Below, in pieces: positions 9,437 to 18,776 of a stretch of 64,000 nt of DNA. The notes below the pieces were generated by a model. The model did not search any database. It worked only from the letters and a program-made list of their open reading frames with translations, and was not told the DNA's origin. How positions within the stretch are numbered: position 1 is the first letter of the stretch; every line of letters begins with the position of its first letter. Source of the DNA: Planctomycetia bacterium (GTDB lineage Bacteria > Planctomycetota > UBA8108 > SXIK01); NCBI GenBank assembly GCA_005772855.1, contig SXIK01000010.1, forward strand, positions 2,886-66,885, read 5' to 3'. Position numbers and translations under genes: made by a program.

Positions 9437-11290
9437 TCAGGCGGGAAGCGATGCGACGAACTCGACTGCCGAGGCAAACCTCTGGGCCGGGTTGCGGGAG
9501 ATCGCCCTGGCGAAGTAATTGACCCATTCAACAGAAAGGTTCAGCGGAAACGTCGGCTGCGGCAGGGGACTATTCAACGCAGGATCTTCAGTGGCGAAAG
9601 ACTGCGAAGTCTTCGTTTCCGGCAGCTCCTGCACCGGGATCTCGCCACCCATCATCTCGAGCAGGATCAACCCGAGTGAGTAGAGGTCCGAGCGCGCATC
9701 GGGCTCGGCGCCGCCCATCTGCTCGGGTGAAATGTAATCACTCGATCGGTCCCGCTCGCCTGCAACTGCAAAGCGGTCGAAGAGGCTGGAAAGTTGCTTC
9801 AAGTTCGAGAGCCCAAATGGCGCCACAAGGAGCCTCTCTGGACCCCGAGCCCCCTCGGCGACGCGGATCGTCTCCGGGCTCAATCCACCAGAGACGATCC
9901 CACGCTCGTGCAGAACTTTCAAGGCGTCAGCCGCACCGTGGATCAACGCAACCGCCACGGTGCGGGATAGCCCACCTTTGCGCCCAAGAAGAGTGCGAAG
10001 CGAGACAGAATCCACAAGCTCGGTGACCACGTAAACGCACTCATCGTTGTAGCCGAGGTCAATCACGGCGATCAGGTTTGGGTGGCGAACGCCCATCGTC
10101 CTGGACTCCTTGCGGAAGGCATCGAGGAGGCAGTCCCGGACGACGCCGCGGCCAGTTCGCCACAGACGCAGCGCGACGCTGGCTCCAGTGCGGAGGTGCG
10201 TGGCGCGGTAAACATCACTGCCAAAGCGGCCCGGCGCGACCCATTCATGGATCTCGTAGGTCTCATCGAGAACGAGCCCGACCCAGTTGGAGGCATGGAC
10301 TCGAATCGTGCGCGTGCCTCCTCCCGGCGCTCCATCGACGCGGACCGTTGGCAGGCCAACGAGAGCCCTTGCGAGCTCTCCAGCATCGGCGTAACGGCCT
10401 TCGGGTTTCTTGTGAAGACAACGAGCCACCAGATCCTCGAGCTCCTCGGAGACCTCGGGTCGAAACGACGACAAGGCCGGTGCTGGCATACTCGAGTGGA
10501 CGCGGATGAGCTCCAGCGGATTTCGGCCCGTGAACGGCACCTTGCCCGCAAGCGCCTCGAACAGGATCACGCCGAGTGAATAGATATCGGCGCCCGTGGT
10601 CACGGCATGGCCCGCGGTCAGCTCCGGAGCCATGTAGAGCAACGTGCCCAGGAATTCGCCCGTGGAGGTTAGTCGCTCCCCCGGCCGATCCAGGATCTTC
10701 GCGATCCCGAAATCAAGCACCTTGACTTGTGAACGCTCCTTGTCGATTCGGTGAAGGTAGATGTTCGATGGCTTCAAATCGCGGTGCACTATGCCCTTCG
10801 CGTGGGCCAGTGCGAGGACCTCACACACCTCTCGAATGAGCTCAACGACCCGCTCGGGCTGGCCAAACTTGCCGGCCCGGCGAAGCTCGTCCAGGGTCGA
10901 GCCATACAACCGCTCCATGGCGATATAACTGAGCCCTTCCGGATCGCGTTGAAACTCCAGGACCTTCACCACGCCGGGGTGATCCAGCGATGCGGCCGCC
11001 TCGGCCTCCACCTCGAATCGCTTCTGCGCGGCGCTACTTACAAGACCATGACCGGAAAGCTCAGACTTCAGGAGCTTGATCGCCACGGGCTGAGCGTCTT
11101 CAATCCTTGAAGCTTCGAAGACCTTGCCCATCCCGCCTTCCCCAAGCAGGTTTCCGAGACAGTACCGTCCGCTCAGCACACGACCGGTTTCACTCACCGC
11201 TCGCCCCTCGTAGACGAGCACATCACTATCGGCGGGGCAAACAAGCCTCTGGTCCTCAAACCGGCTGCTGCAAGTGAAGCATCGGCGCAT
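9437..11290 (-). CDS. Hanks-type Ser/Thr kinase with N-terminal Cys ribbon and C-terminal pseudokinase domain
   Basis: GEGGMG, VAIK, HRDLKPSN, DFG, APE in domain 1; degenerate second domain. Start set at MRRCFTC (ORF track extends to 11362). Confidence 0.88.
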   Translation of the reverse strand: MRRCFTCSSRFEDQRLVCPADSDVLVYEGRAVSETGRVLSGRYCLGNLLGEGGMGKVFEASRIEDAQPVAIKLLKSELSGHGLVSSAAQKRFEVEAEAAASLDHPGVVKVLEFQRDPEGLSYIAMERLYGSTLDELRRAGKFGQPERVVELIREVCEVLALAHAKGIVHRDLKPSNIYLHRIDKERSQVKVLDFGIAKILDRPGERLTSTGEFLGTLLYMAPELTAGHAVTTGADIYSLGVILFEALAGKVPFTGRNPLELIRVHSSMPAPALSSFRPEVSEELEDLVARCLHKKPEGRYADAGELARALVGLPTVRVDGAPGGGTRTIRVHASNWVGLVLDETYEIHEWVAPGRFGSDVYRATHLRTGASVALRLWRTGRGVVRDCLLDAFRKESRTMGVRHPNLIAVIDLGYNDECVYVVTELVDSVSLRTLLGRKGGLSRTVAVALIHGAADALKVLHERGIVSGGLSPETIRVAEGARGPERLLVAPFGLSNLKQLSSLFDRFAVAGERDRSSDYISPEQMGGAEPDARSDLYSLGLILLEMMGGEIPVQELPETKTSQSFATEDPALNSPLPQPTFPLNLSVEWVNYFARAISRNPAQRFASAVEFVASLPA

Positions 11291-11481
11291 AAATTTCAGC
11301 ATAACACACAATGAGCCATGGATGGGCAGCGCCCCTTGGGATACCATGATTCTAACCGCCATGGGTTCGATAACGCCGCCACCAAGGAGCGAGGAGTCGA
11401 TTCGCTGGTTCTCTTCGTAGAATTGGGTCCTCTCCCTGGGGCCCGGAACCGTGCAACCGCAACTCTCTTTGGATACAGATC

Positions 11482-13668
11482 ATGCCCCTATCTGCAGTCA
11501 AGGACTCCCTCAAAGCACGCTGGGACCGCCTCCCCGAAGAGGCGCGCCACGAGATCAATACCTACGAAACTGAGCTGGACCGCTTTATCGCGGGGCAGGT
11601 CATTGACAAGGTGTTCATGGAATTCCGGCTGCGCTTTGGCACCTATGGCCAGCGTCAACCCGGGATTCAGATGCTCCGCATCAAGATCCCACTGGGGATG
11701 CTCAACAGCGAGCAGTGCGAGGTCCTTGCCGACTGCGCGGAAGAGTATTCGGACTCGATCTGCCACGTCACGACTCGGCAGGACATCCAGCTCCACTTCG
11801 TGGAACTACTCGACACACCCAATCTCTTCCGCAGGCTGGCGGAGGTGGGCATAACGACCCGGGAGGCCTGCGGCAACACGGTCCGGAACGTTACCGCTTG
11901 CCCCTACTCGGGCGTCTGCGCCGACGAACCCTTCGACGTCTCTCCCTACGCCAAGGCCATGGCCTATTTTCTCCTCCGCCACCCCGATGCGCAAAACTTT
12001 GGGAGGAAATTCAAGATCGCCTTTTCGGGCTGTGCGCAGCACCAGTGCGGCCTCGCCCGCATGCACGACATCGGGTGCGTGGCCCGGACACGTGTCGTTC
12101 ATGGGAAGACGGAGCGTGGCTTTGAGTTTTTCGTGGGCGGCGGCCTGGGCGCAGTACCCCACCAGGCCCGGATCCTCAGTGACTTTGTGCCCGTCGACGA
12201 GCTGCTGCCGCTCGCACAGGCCATAGCCCGGGTCTTCGCAGCCCGAGGTGAGAAGAAATCTCGAGCCCGCGCCCGAATGAAATTCCTCGTAGATGCCATG
12301 GGCATCGACGACTTCAAGAAGGCCGTCCTGGAGGAGCGTTCAAGGCTCCCGCACGATCCACGGTGGACAGGCTACGTGAGTGAAGCGGAAAGGTTTGCTG
12401 AGAAGCCGCTCAAACCAGGGAAGGAGATCGACTGGTCAAAGCAGCCGCCCATCGAAGGGAAGAAGTGGTCCGAGTTTCTCGCCTGGTATGCTGCAAGCGT
12501 GCGACCCCAGAGCCAGAAGGGCTACTCGGTCGTGACGGTTTTCCTTCCGCTTGGCGACATCACTTCCGACCAGTTTCGAGGCCTGGCACAGATTTCCCGA
12601 AAGTACGTCAACGGCACGATTCGGACCACCGTCCCGCAAAACTTGATCCTTCGCTGGGTCTCAAACTCGGATTTGCCGGAACTGCACGGCGACCTGAAAA
12701 AGCTCCAGCTGGCGCTGCCGTTCGCCGACACCATCGCCGACATGACAGCGTGCCCTGGAACCGACTCCTGCAAGCTTGGCATCGCCTCGTCGCGAGGTCT
12801 TGCGGGCATTCTCCATCGAGAGTTTCTGGACGACCTCACGAAGGGAAACAACAGCAGTGCTCCGGGCGCAACACCCCGAAATGATGTGATCATCAAGATG
12901 TCGGGTTGCTTCAACAGTTGCGGACAACACCACGTCGCCAACATCGGGTTCTTCGGATCCTCGAAACGGGTCGGCCAGCGCGTTGCACCCGTCTTTCAAG
13001 TCATATTGGGCGGCACGACGGAGAACAACGCAAACTCCTATGGCCTCATGGCGGCGAAAGTGGCCGCACAAAAGGCCCCGGACGTCGTCCGCAAGCTGAC
13101 GAAGCTCTATGACACCGAGAAGAAGGTCGACGAGAGCTTCAACGCCTGCATGGCTCGCCTTGGAAAGGCAAGGATTCACGAGGAGTTGGCTGAGTTTGGC
13201 GAGATCGGCAACGAAGAGCAGTTTTTCCACGACAACCGCCAACCCTGGGATTACGTAAAGCACGTGGAAGCTGGCGAGTGCGCCGGCGAGGTGGTAACCC
13301 AGGCAGAGTTCTTGCTCGACTCGGCCGAGCGCATGGTATTCGAGGCGACGCTTGCCCTCGAGGCCGGAAATGCGGCCGAGGCAGCCCAGCTCTCTTACAA
13401 GGCCATGACCTCGGCGGCGGATGGCCTCCTTTCAACCCAGGGCCTACTTCTCTCGGACAAGTACAATACTGTGGCGGAGTTCAAGACTCGGTTCCTTGAA
13501 GTTGGAAGGTTCTTCCTCGGAGTCGGAGAGTACTTCATCAAGGCCTCGCTCCATGATTTGCCTTCACTCCCCCTGGAGAAGTGTAGGCAACTCCTCGAGG
13601 AAGCCAACCTCTTTGTCGAGGAAGCCCACGTCGTCTACGGCCGCATGGCCGGATCTGCCACCAAGTAA
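11482..13668 (+). CDS. Siroheme nitrite/sulfite reductase with C-terminal HEPN-like domain
   Basis: TTRQDIQLH, CGNTVRNV, RKFKIAFSGC, CPGTDSCKLG, SGCFNSCGQH. Confidence 0.9.
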   Translation: MPLSAVKDSLKARWDRLPEEARHEINTYETELDRFIAGQVIDKVFMEFRLRFGTYGQRQPGIQMLRIKIPLGMLNSEQCEVLADCAEEYSDSICHVTTRQDIQLHFVELLDTPNLFRRLAEVGITTREACGNTVRNVTACPYSGVCADEPFDVSPYAKAMAYFLLRHPDAQNFGRKFKIAFSGCAQHQCGLARMHDIGCVARTRVVHGKTERGFEFFVGGGLGAVPHQARILSDFVPVDELLPLAQAIARVFAARGEKKSRARARMKFLVDAMGIDDFKKAVLEERSRLPHDPRWTGYVSEAERFAEKPLKPGKEIDWSKQPPIEGKKWSEFLAWYAASVRPQSQKGYSVVTVFLPLGDITSDQFRGLAQISRKYVNGTIRTTVPQNLILRWVSNSDLPELHGDLKKLQLALPFADTIADMTACPGTDSCKLGIASSRGLAGILHREFLDDLTKGNNSSAPGATPRNDVIIKMSGCFNSCGQHHVANIGFFGSSKRVGQRVAPVFQVILGGTTENNANSYGLMAAKVAAQKAPDVVRKLTKLYDTEKKVDESFNACMARLGKARIHEELAEFGEIGNEEQFFHDNRQPWDYVKHVEAGECAGEVVTQAEFLLDSAERMVFEATLALEAGNAAEAAQLSYKAMTSAADGLLSTQGLLLSDKYNTVAEFKTRFLEVGRFFLGVGEYFIKASLHDLPSLPLEKCRQLLEEANLFVEEAHVVYGRMAGSATK

Positions 13669-13726
13669 TCGCAAACTCAAGCCAAAGAAACGGTAGCGCC
13701 AGTTGACCGAGCCACTGACGAGCCCC

Positions 13727-14302
13727 ATGGGCCTTGAAAAAATCAACGTCAAGTTATTCGCGGATGCCCCAAGCGACTTCGACTACGACGTGCTCCTCGC
13801 CATTTTCGGGAGGTGGAGACTTGAGCCTGGCGAGGAAATCATGGACCTCGCCGACTACGCCCACGTCGACCATGGCCCCAATTGCCTGCTGGTTAGCCAT
13901 CGCTGGCACTTCGGGATAGATCTTGCGCAGGGCAAGCCGAGCTTCATGCTCTCGGTTCGCAAGGGTCTTTCCGGCTCTCCAGCCGAAAGGATCTCCCAGG
14001 CGTTGCGGCTCCTTGTGGAGAAGACAAGGCGCCTCTTGAGCGAGCCCGATTGCCCCGGGACACTCAAGCCCAGGTGCGGCGAGATCGAGATCGTGCTCAA
14101 CGATCGCCTGGCGGCCCCCAATACCCAGGAGACTGGACTGCAGTGGCGACCCGGCCTCGATCAAGTGCTCTCAAGGCTATACCGCTCAGGAGATCTGGAG
14201 GTTTTGGCCGAACAGGACCGCTCCCGGAGGCCAGGCTGGACCGTTCGATCCAGAGCTGGCGCCTCGTTGAGTCTTGAGGAGCTCTGGCAGCGACTCCAGT
14301 AG
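13727..14302 (+). CDS. Hypothetical protein downstream of the siroheme reductase
   Basis: Protein-like ORF (DLADYAHVDHGP); ATG 13727 is in frame with ORF 13703. Confidence 0.7.
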   Translation: MGLEKINVKLFADAPSDFDYDVLLAIFGRWRLEPGEEIMDLADYAHVDHGPNCLLVSHRWHFGIDLAQGKPSFMLSVRKGLSGSPAERISQALRLLVEKTRRLLSEPDCPGTLKPRCGEIEIVLNDRLAAPNTQETGLQWRPGLDQVLSRLYRSGDLEVLAEQDRSRRPGWTVRSRAGASLSLEELWQRLQ

Positions 14303-14307
14303 ACTCG

Positions 14308-14745
14308 CTACAGCAACGACAGATGATGTTCGAGGTGTTTGATGTAATCCTCGGTGAGGAAGCGGAGGGTGACAGCCTCCCGGCCTCCAATCCGACAGGG
14401 AGTCTTGAGTCGATCGGCCAGGAGTTGCTCGATCACGCACGCCATGTGGAGGCTGATGGAACGCCACAGGTCGATGAGAAGATCCCAGTCAGCGTTCAAA
14501 TAGTCCTGCACTCGTACCCAGGCATCCTGGTCATGGCCAGGAAACTCGAGACCACCAGTGCCGACTTGAGCCCTCACAAGACACTGGTGGGTGTTCAGGG
14601 CTGAATCGCACAAGTGGCCCAGGATCTGTTTCTTCGTCCACTTGCCCAAAGCTCCAGGCTGACTGACGTCGGGCTCGCGCCTGTCTCGTAACATGGCCCC
14701 GCGGATGCGAACCAACAGACGCAAATTTTCGGCAGCTGTTTTCAT
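14308..14745 (-). CDS. DinB-family protein
   Basis: KWTKKQILGHLCDSA, DQDAWV, DYIKHLEHH. Confidence 0.88.
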   Translation of the reverse strand: MKTAAENLRLLVRIRGAMLRDRREPDVSQPGALGKWTKKQILGHLCDSALNTHQCLVRAQVGTGGLEFPGHDQDAWVRVQDYLNADWDLLIDLWRSISLHMACVIEQLLADRLKTPCRIGGREAVTLRFLTEDYIKHLEHHLSLL

Positions 14746-15107
14746 CGATGTCAACTCAGAGAAAGCACGTGGGACCGTGCCCCCGATAACCATTGAGCGC
14801 CTCCCCCGGGGAATTGGAACTGGCCACCTGCAACACCCAAAGCCCCAGAAAGGTCACCCGCTCGAGAGGGCATCGGGCCAGAAGCCCGGCCTCTGTCCCA
14901 ACATGATGAATCACGCCTTAGGGCATACTGCATCAACTTCAACCGCACCATGCTGGCTGCTCCTGAAAAAAGAACACGGCTGGCCACATTCAAGAAGACC
15001 TCAGAGTAGGTGGTTTATTCGAGTTCTGACACGGGTCAAACCAGAATTCCCCCCCCACGGCATCTCGTTCGGGAACAGAAGAGGGCCAGATGCAGCTTGA
15101 ATCTTGG

Positions 15108-15139
15108 AAGGTCCCGTGTTAACGAAGAGGACCTTTTTT
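15108..15139 (+). terminator. Intrinsic terminator-like hairpin, possibly part of an attenuator
   Basis: AAGGTCC (15108-15114) / GGACCTT (15129-15135) stem with a T6 run at 15134-15139. Confidence 0.5.
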
Positions 15140-15174
15140 GATTACGAAAATCCACTGGAAGCAGGCTGAAGGTC

Positions 15175-15282
15175 ATGACCCGCAGAAGCAGAAACTACAA
15201 GTTCGCCTGGAAGAGCAAGAAGGCCAACCACGGACGCAAGGGCGCTCGTGGAAAGAGCAAGAAATGGGGCAAGAAGAACTGA
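15175..15282 (+). CDS. 35-aa basic protein, ribosomal protein bL37-like
   Basis: MTRRSRNYKFAWKSKKANHGRKGARGKSKKWGKKN; KANHG motif as in actinobacterial bL37 (KANHGKRP). Below the ORF-track cutoff. Confidence 0.7.
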   Translation: MTRRSRNYKFAWKSKKANHGRKGARGKSKKWGKKN

Positions 15283-15289
15283 GCCGGCA

Positions 15290-16480
15290 TTGCCGCCCCG
15301 CGGATTAATCCTGCCAGACGAGGCGGCACAGCAAGTTCGTGAAGGCTTCCCCATCGTGGAGCTGAGTCTGGTTCCCGGGGCTGGATCTGCGGCTGAGCCA
15401 GGTCGGCCGCTTCATCTCCTCGACAGCCACGGTGGCTTGCTCGCAAGCGGCATCGCAGACCCGGAGAACGAGGTCATCCGGGTCCTCTCCAGGGACGCGG
15501 TTGATTCGTTTGACCTTGCTTTTTTCCGCCGCCAAGTGATTCGGGCGATGGAGCTTCGTAAAGCCCTGGGGCTCGTGGATGGCCGATCGGCCTATAGACT
15601 GCTCAACGCCGAGGGCGATTACCTCTCCGGCTTCGTCGCCGATGTCTATGGGCAGTTCGTCGTCCTCTATGTTTACTCGAAGGGCCTGATCCAGCTGGGT
15701 CGAATCGTTGCGCAGGCCATCGCTGAGGTGGCGGCACCCAGGGGGATTATCCTCAAGGTCCGACCCAGGGGCGGGCCCGCACCCGGCAAACCCAGGCAAG
15801 AGATTCTTGGCGAAGAGCCTCCGGAGAAACTCGTCGTGGAGGAGAACGGCGTTCCGTTGGAAATCCACCTCCTCGGCGGACTCAACGTTGGCCTCTTCAC
15901 GGACATGCGGGAGCACCGACTCGGGCTCGGACGGTTCGTGAAAGATCGACGGGTGCTCAACACCTTCGCCTACACTGGCGCCATCTCGGTGGCAGCGGCG
16001 CGGGGCGGAGCGGCGCAGGTCACAAGCGTCGATTTGTCTTCGGGGGTTCTCAAGTGGGCAAGGGAGAACTTCCGGCTTTCAGGGCTCGATCCCGAGGATG
16101 CGCGCTATCGTTTTGAGACGAATGACGTGATCCGGTTTCTGAAGGACGAGCGCACCCGTGGTGTTACGTATGACACGATCGTGCTGGATCCCCCCACCTA
16201 CTCTGCCGCACGGGCCGCTGGATGGTCTATGAAGAACGACTATCCCGACCTCATCGCTCTGGCGGCTGCGCTCTTGCCTCGCGAAAAAACTGGCTTTCTC
16301 TGGGTCTCGGCCAACGTGCACCGCTCGAGAGCACTCTTGCGGCACATTGAGGAGGGCTTCGCCAGGTCCCAAAGGGAGGTGAGGCTCCTCCAACTCGGTG
16401 GCTTGCCACCCGACTACCCCACCCTCCTGGAATATCCGGAAGGCCGCTACCTGGAAGTGTGCTACCTGGAAGTACGGTAG
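15290..16480 (+). CDS. Class I SAM-dependent rRNA methyltransferase, RlmI/RlmK (YwbD-like) family
   Basis: YRLLNAEGD, GLFTDMRE, VLNTFAYTG, DPPTY, PPDYP..YL. In-frame TTG at 15290 avoids overlap with the small ORF. Confidence 0.88.
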   Translation: MPPRGLILPDEAAQQVREGFPIVELSLVPGAGSAAEPGRPLHLLDSHGGLLASGIADPENEVIRVLSRDAVDSFDLAFFRRQVIRAMELRKALGLVDGRSAYRLLNAEGDYLSGFVADVYGQFVVLYVYSKGLIQLGRIVAQAIAEVAAPRGIILKVRPRGGPAPGKPRQEILGEEPPEKLVVEENGVPLEIHLLGGLNVGLFTDMREHRLGLGRFVKDRRVLNTFAYTGAISVAAARGGAAQVTSVDLSSGVLKWARENFRLSGLDPEDARYRFETNDVIRFLKDERTRGVTYDTIVLDPPTYSAARAAGWSMKNDYPDLIALAAALLPREKTGFLWVSANVHRSRALLRHIEEGFARSQREVRLLQLGGLPPDYPTLLEYPEGRYLEVCYLEVR

Positions 16481-16572
16481 ACTGCTTGCTCAAGGATGAC
16501 CTACTCCCCCTTGATGTCCGTTGCTTTTCGTAGTGCAATTGCAGCCTGTTACTCAACCTGAAAGGATCTTCC

Positions 16573-16887
16573 ATGGCCATTGCCCTCTGCGCTTCGTGTA
16601 AATCCCGCGTGGAAGAAGGCGCCGTCCGCTGCGTCAACTGCAACGCCGACCTCGCCCTGCCCGGTACGTTTACCCAGGTGCTCGGGTGGGTTATCGTCGC
16701 GATCTCCACGATCCCCTTTGCCGTCAGTGAGGTCACCACTGCCGAGCGCGACTGGACACCCCTTGTTCTGGGCGGACTCATTGCCGCATTCGGTTTTGTC
16801 ATGGTGTTGTCGGGGCGAGCCAGGAACAAGGCGGCGACGAACCCTGTGATCATCGAAGCCAGCCCGACCACATCCCAGTCCCAGTGA
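16573..16887 (+). CDS. Small membrane protein with N-terminal zinc ribbon
   Basis: CASC..CVNC followed by two hydrophobic segments; AAGGA upstream. Confidence 0.72.
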   Translation: MAIALCASCKSRVEEGAVRCVNCNADLALPGTFTQVLGWVIVAISTIPFAVSEVTTAERDWTPLVLGGLIAAFGFVMVLSGRARNKAATNPVIIEASPTTSQSQ

Positions 16888-17041
16888 ACAAATCCCCGCG
16901 GTTGCGTTGCGAGCACCGATGGATCGGATAGAGGGAACAAAGGACAACAACGAGCTCGATGAGGTCGCGAAGTGGCCCCGAGGAACTGTGGCGTGGCCTC
17001 GCGTACTGCCGGAGCCAGGATGGGCCTACCCAAATAGGCTC

Positions 17042-17599
17042 TTATTCCGATTCCCCCCGGCGCAGCTCGTCAGCGAAGACTCTCTTGAGCCACAGGGGAA
17101 TCACTCGCAACTTCCATCGCGGACCGAGGATCCGATCGTTCAGCTCATCGCGCTCCGCGAACGCCGTCCAGCCCGCCGAAGTGAATTCGCGACCAGGGTT
17201 CCAGGCGGTGCAACCAATAGGCTTCGCCCTGTCATGCACGAGACACCGAGTGCCCTCCAGAAGAGGGCAGTCAAAATTCTGCCGACGAGTGCTTTCCTCA
17301 ACCTTTCCGAGCTCACGACGCAGCCTCTCCACCACGTCAGGCAGCTTCGCTCGCAGCGCGGGATCACTCCGGAACGCTCGGGCGATCGCCTCTGCTTCCA
17401 GCGGCGAAATGCGCATCTGATTGAGCCTCCGAGTACAACAGAGGTGGGCCGGCTGCCCCCTGTGGTACCTGGGGTCACTGACAAGGCAGGCCAGCTCCTC
17501 AAGGAGTGGACCGCGGATACCGTCAAGCTGCCGGATCGCGGAGTCCAACTCCTTTTTCGAGATAGCGCCCCTTCTTGGATAAAAAGGTCTGTTCGCCAT
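17042..17599 (-). CDS. YkgJ-like cysteine-cluster protein
   Basis: CC..ISPLEA..CPLL...CLVH..KPIGC pattern. Start uncertain. Confidence 0.75.
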   Translation of the reverse strand: MANRPFYPRRGAISKKELDSAIRQLDGIRGPLLEELACLVSDPRYHRGQPAHLCCTRRLNQMRISPLEAEAIARAFRSDPALRAKLPDVVERLRRELGKVEESTRRQNFDCPLLEGTRCLVHDRAKPIGCTAWNPGREFTSAGWTAFAERDELNDRILGPRWKLRVIPLWLKRVFADELRRGESE

Positions 17600-18587
17600 G
17601 GCTCCAGATTCTAATCGCAGCCGGCGGTGGAGCGACATCATCGAGCGAGCTGCCAGGCTCCGAGCTTGCCTCTTCGGATCCTTCGGGGCAGAGCCTGTGA
17701 CCAACGCCTACCGGCTCTTGAACGACTCGGGCGACGGCGCCGAGGGGTTCACAGTAGACGCCTACGCCGGTTTCCTCGTCGTGCAGGTACTCGACAGCAT
17801 GGCGCTCCAGTCCGCGCCAGCCCTCGTGGAGGCTCTCGAGAAAATCCTCCAGCCCCGCGGGATCGTGCAAAAACTCAGGTACCAACAAACGGAGAGAGGC
17901 CGGGTGCCCGGCCAGATTGTCCAGGGCGAGTCGCCTCCTTGCGCCCTCGGAGTGCTGGAAAACTCGGTGCCCCTTGAAGTCGAGCTTCTGGAGGGTCTTC
18001 ACACCGGCCTCTTCACCGACATGCGAGAAGAGCATGCTCGCATGCGACAGCTCGCGGTCGGCCGGAGGGTGCTCAACACATTTGCGTACACGGGGGCCTT
18101 CTCGGTGGCTGCTGCGCTCGGAGGCGCGACTTCGGTAACGAGCGTCGACGTCATCGCCCGACCCCTCGATCGAGCAAAGCGCAACTTCGAGCTCTCGGGC
18201 GTTGAGACAACGGCACATCACTTCGTTCGGATGGAGGTGATCGAGTACTTGCAGTTGGCCAAACGCCGCGGCTGGACCTTTCAAGCCATCGTTCTCGACC
18301 CTCCGACCTTCGCCACCTTCAAGTCGGGCCACTGGTCCGCAAAAACGGGGTACAAGCAATTGCTCCAGCTCGCACTCGGCGTGCTCGATCCTGAAGGTCT
18401 GTTGTGGGCCGCCGCCAACACCGAAAGCATGCCCCCGGAGCGCTTCGAGCAGCTCATCGGCCATGCGCTCCGGGAGGCGCGGCGCAACGCTCGGGTAATC
18501 GCCCTGGGCGGCCTCCCTCCCGACTACCCGACACCGATCGATAATCCCCAGGCACGTTACTTGAAGGTCCACCTGCTACAGGCCTGA
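17598..18587 (+). CDS. Class I SAM-dependent rRNA methyltransferase, RlmI/RlmK family, lacking the N-terminal PUA-like domain
   Basis: YRLLNDSGDG, TGLFTDMRE, VLNTFAYTG, DPPTF, PPDYP..YLK. Confidence 0.88.
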   Translation: MAPDSNRSRRWSDIIERAARLRACLFGSFGAEPVTNAYRLLNDSGDGAEGFTVDAYAGFLVVQVLDSMALQSAPALVEALEKILQPRGIVQKLRYQQTERGRVPGQIVQGESPPCALGVLENSVPLEVELLEGLHTGLFTDMREEHARMRQLAVGRRVLNTFAYTGAFSVAAALGGATSVTSVDVIARPLDRAKRNFELSGVETTAHHFVRMEVIEYLQLAKRRGWTFQAIVLDPPTFATFKSGHWSAKTGYKQLLQLALGVLDPEGLLWAAANTESMPPERFEQLIGHALREARRNARVIALGGLPPDYPTPIDNPQARYLKVHLLQA

Positions 18588-18776
18588 TTGCAGGAATATT
18601 CCTGCTGTTTGCCCCGTTTTCCGGCCTGGCCTATACTTTGTCGTGACTCAAGACAGAGTCGTGCCCGGCCAGGAAGCCTGGCCGGGCCCGGTCGAAGTGT
18701 GGTCAAGGACCACCGGTCGTTCTTGTTACTCCGCGAGCAGGCATTTCTTGAGCCCAGTAATTTTCCCTCCGTTCCC

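Noticed and set aside
11362-11384. GGTTCGA..CCACCA resembling a tRNA 3' end
   Set aside because: No T-arm pairing or cloverleaf upstream.
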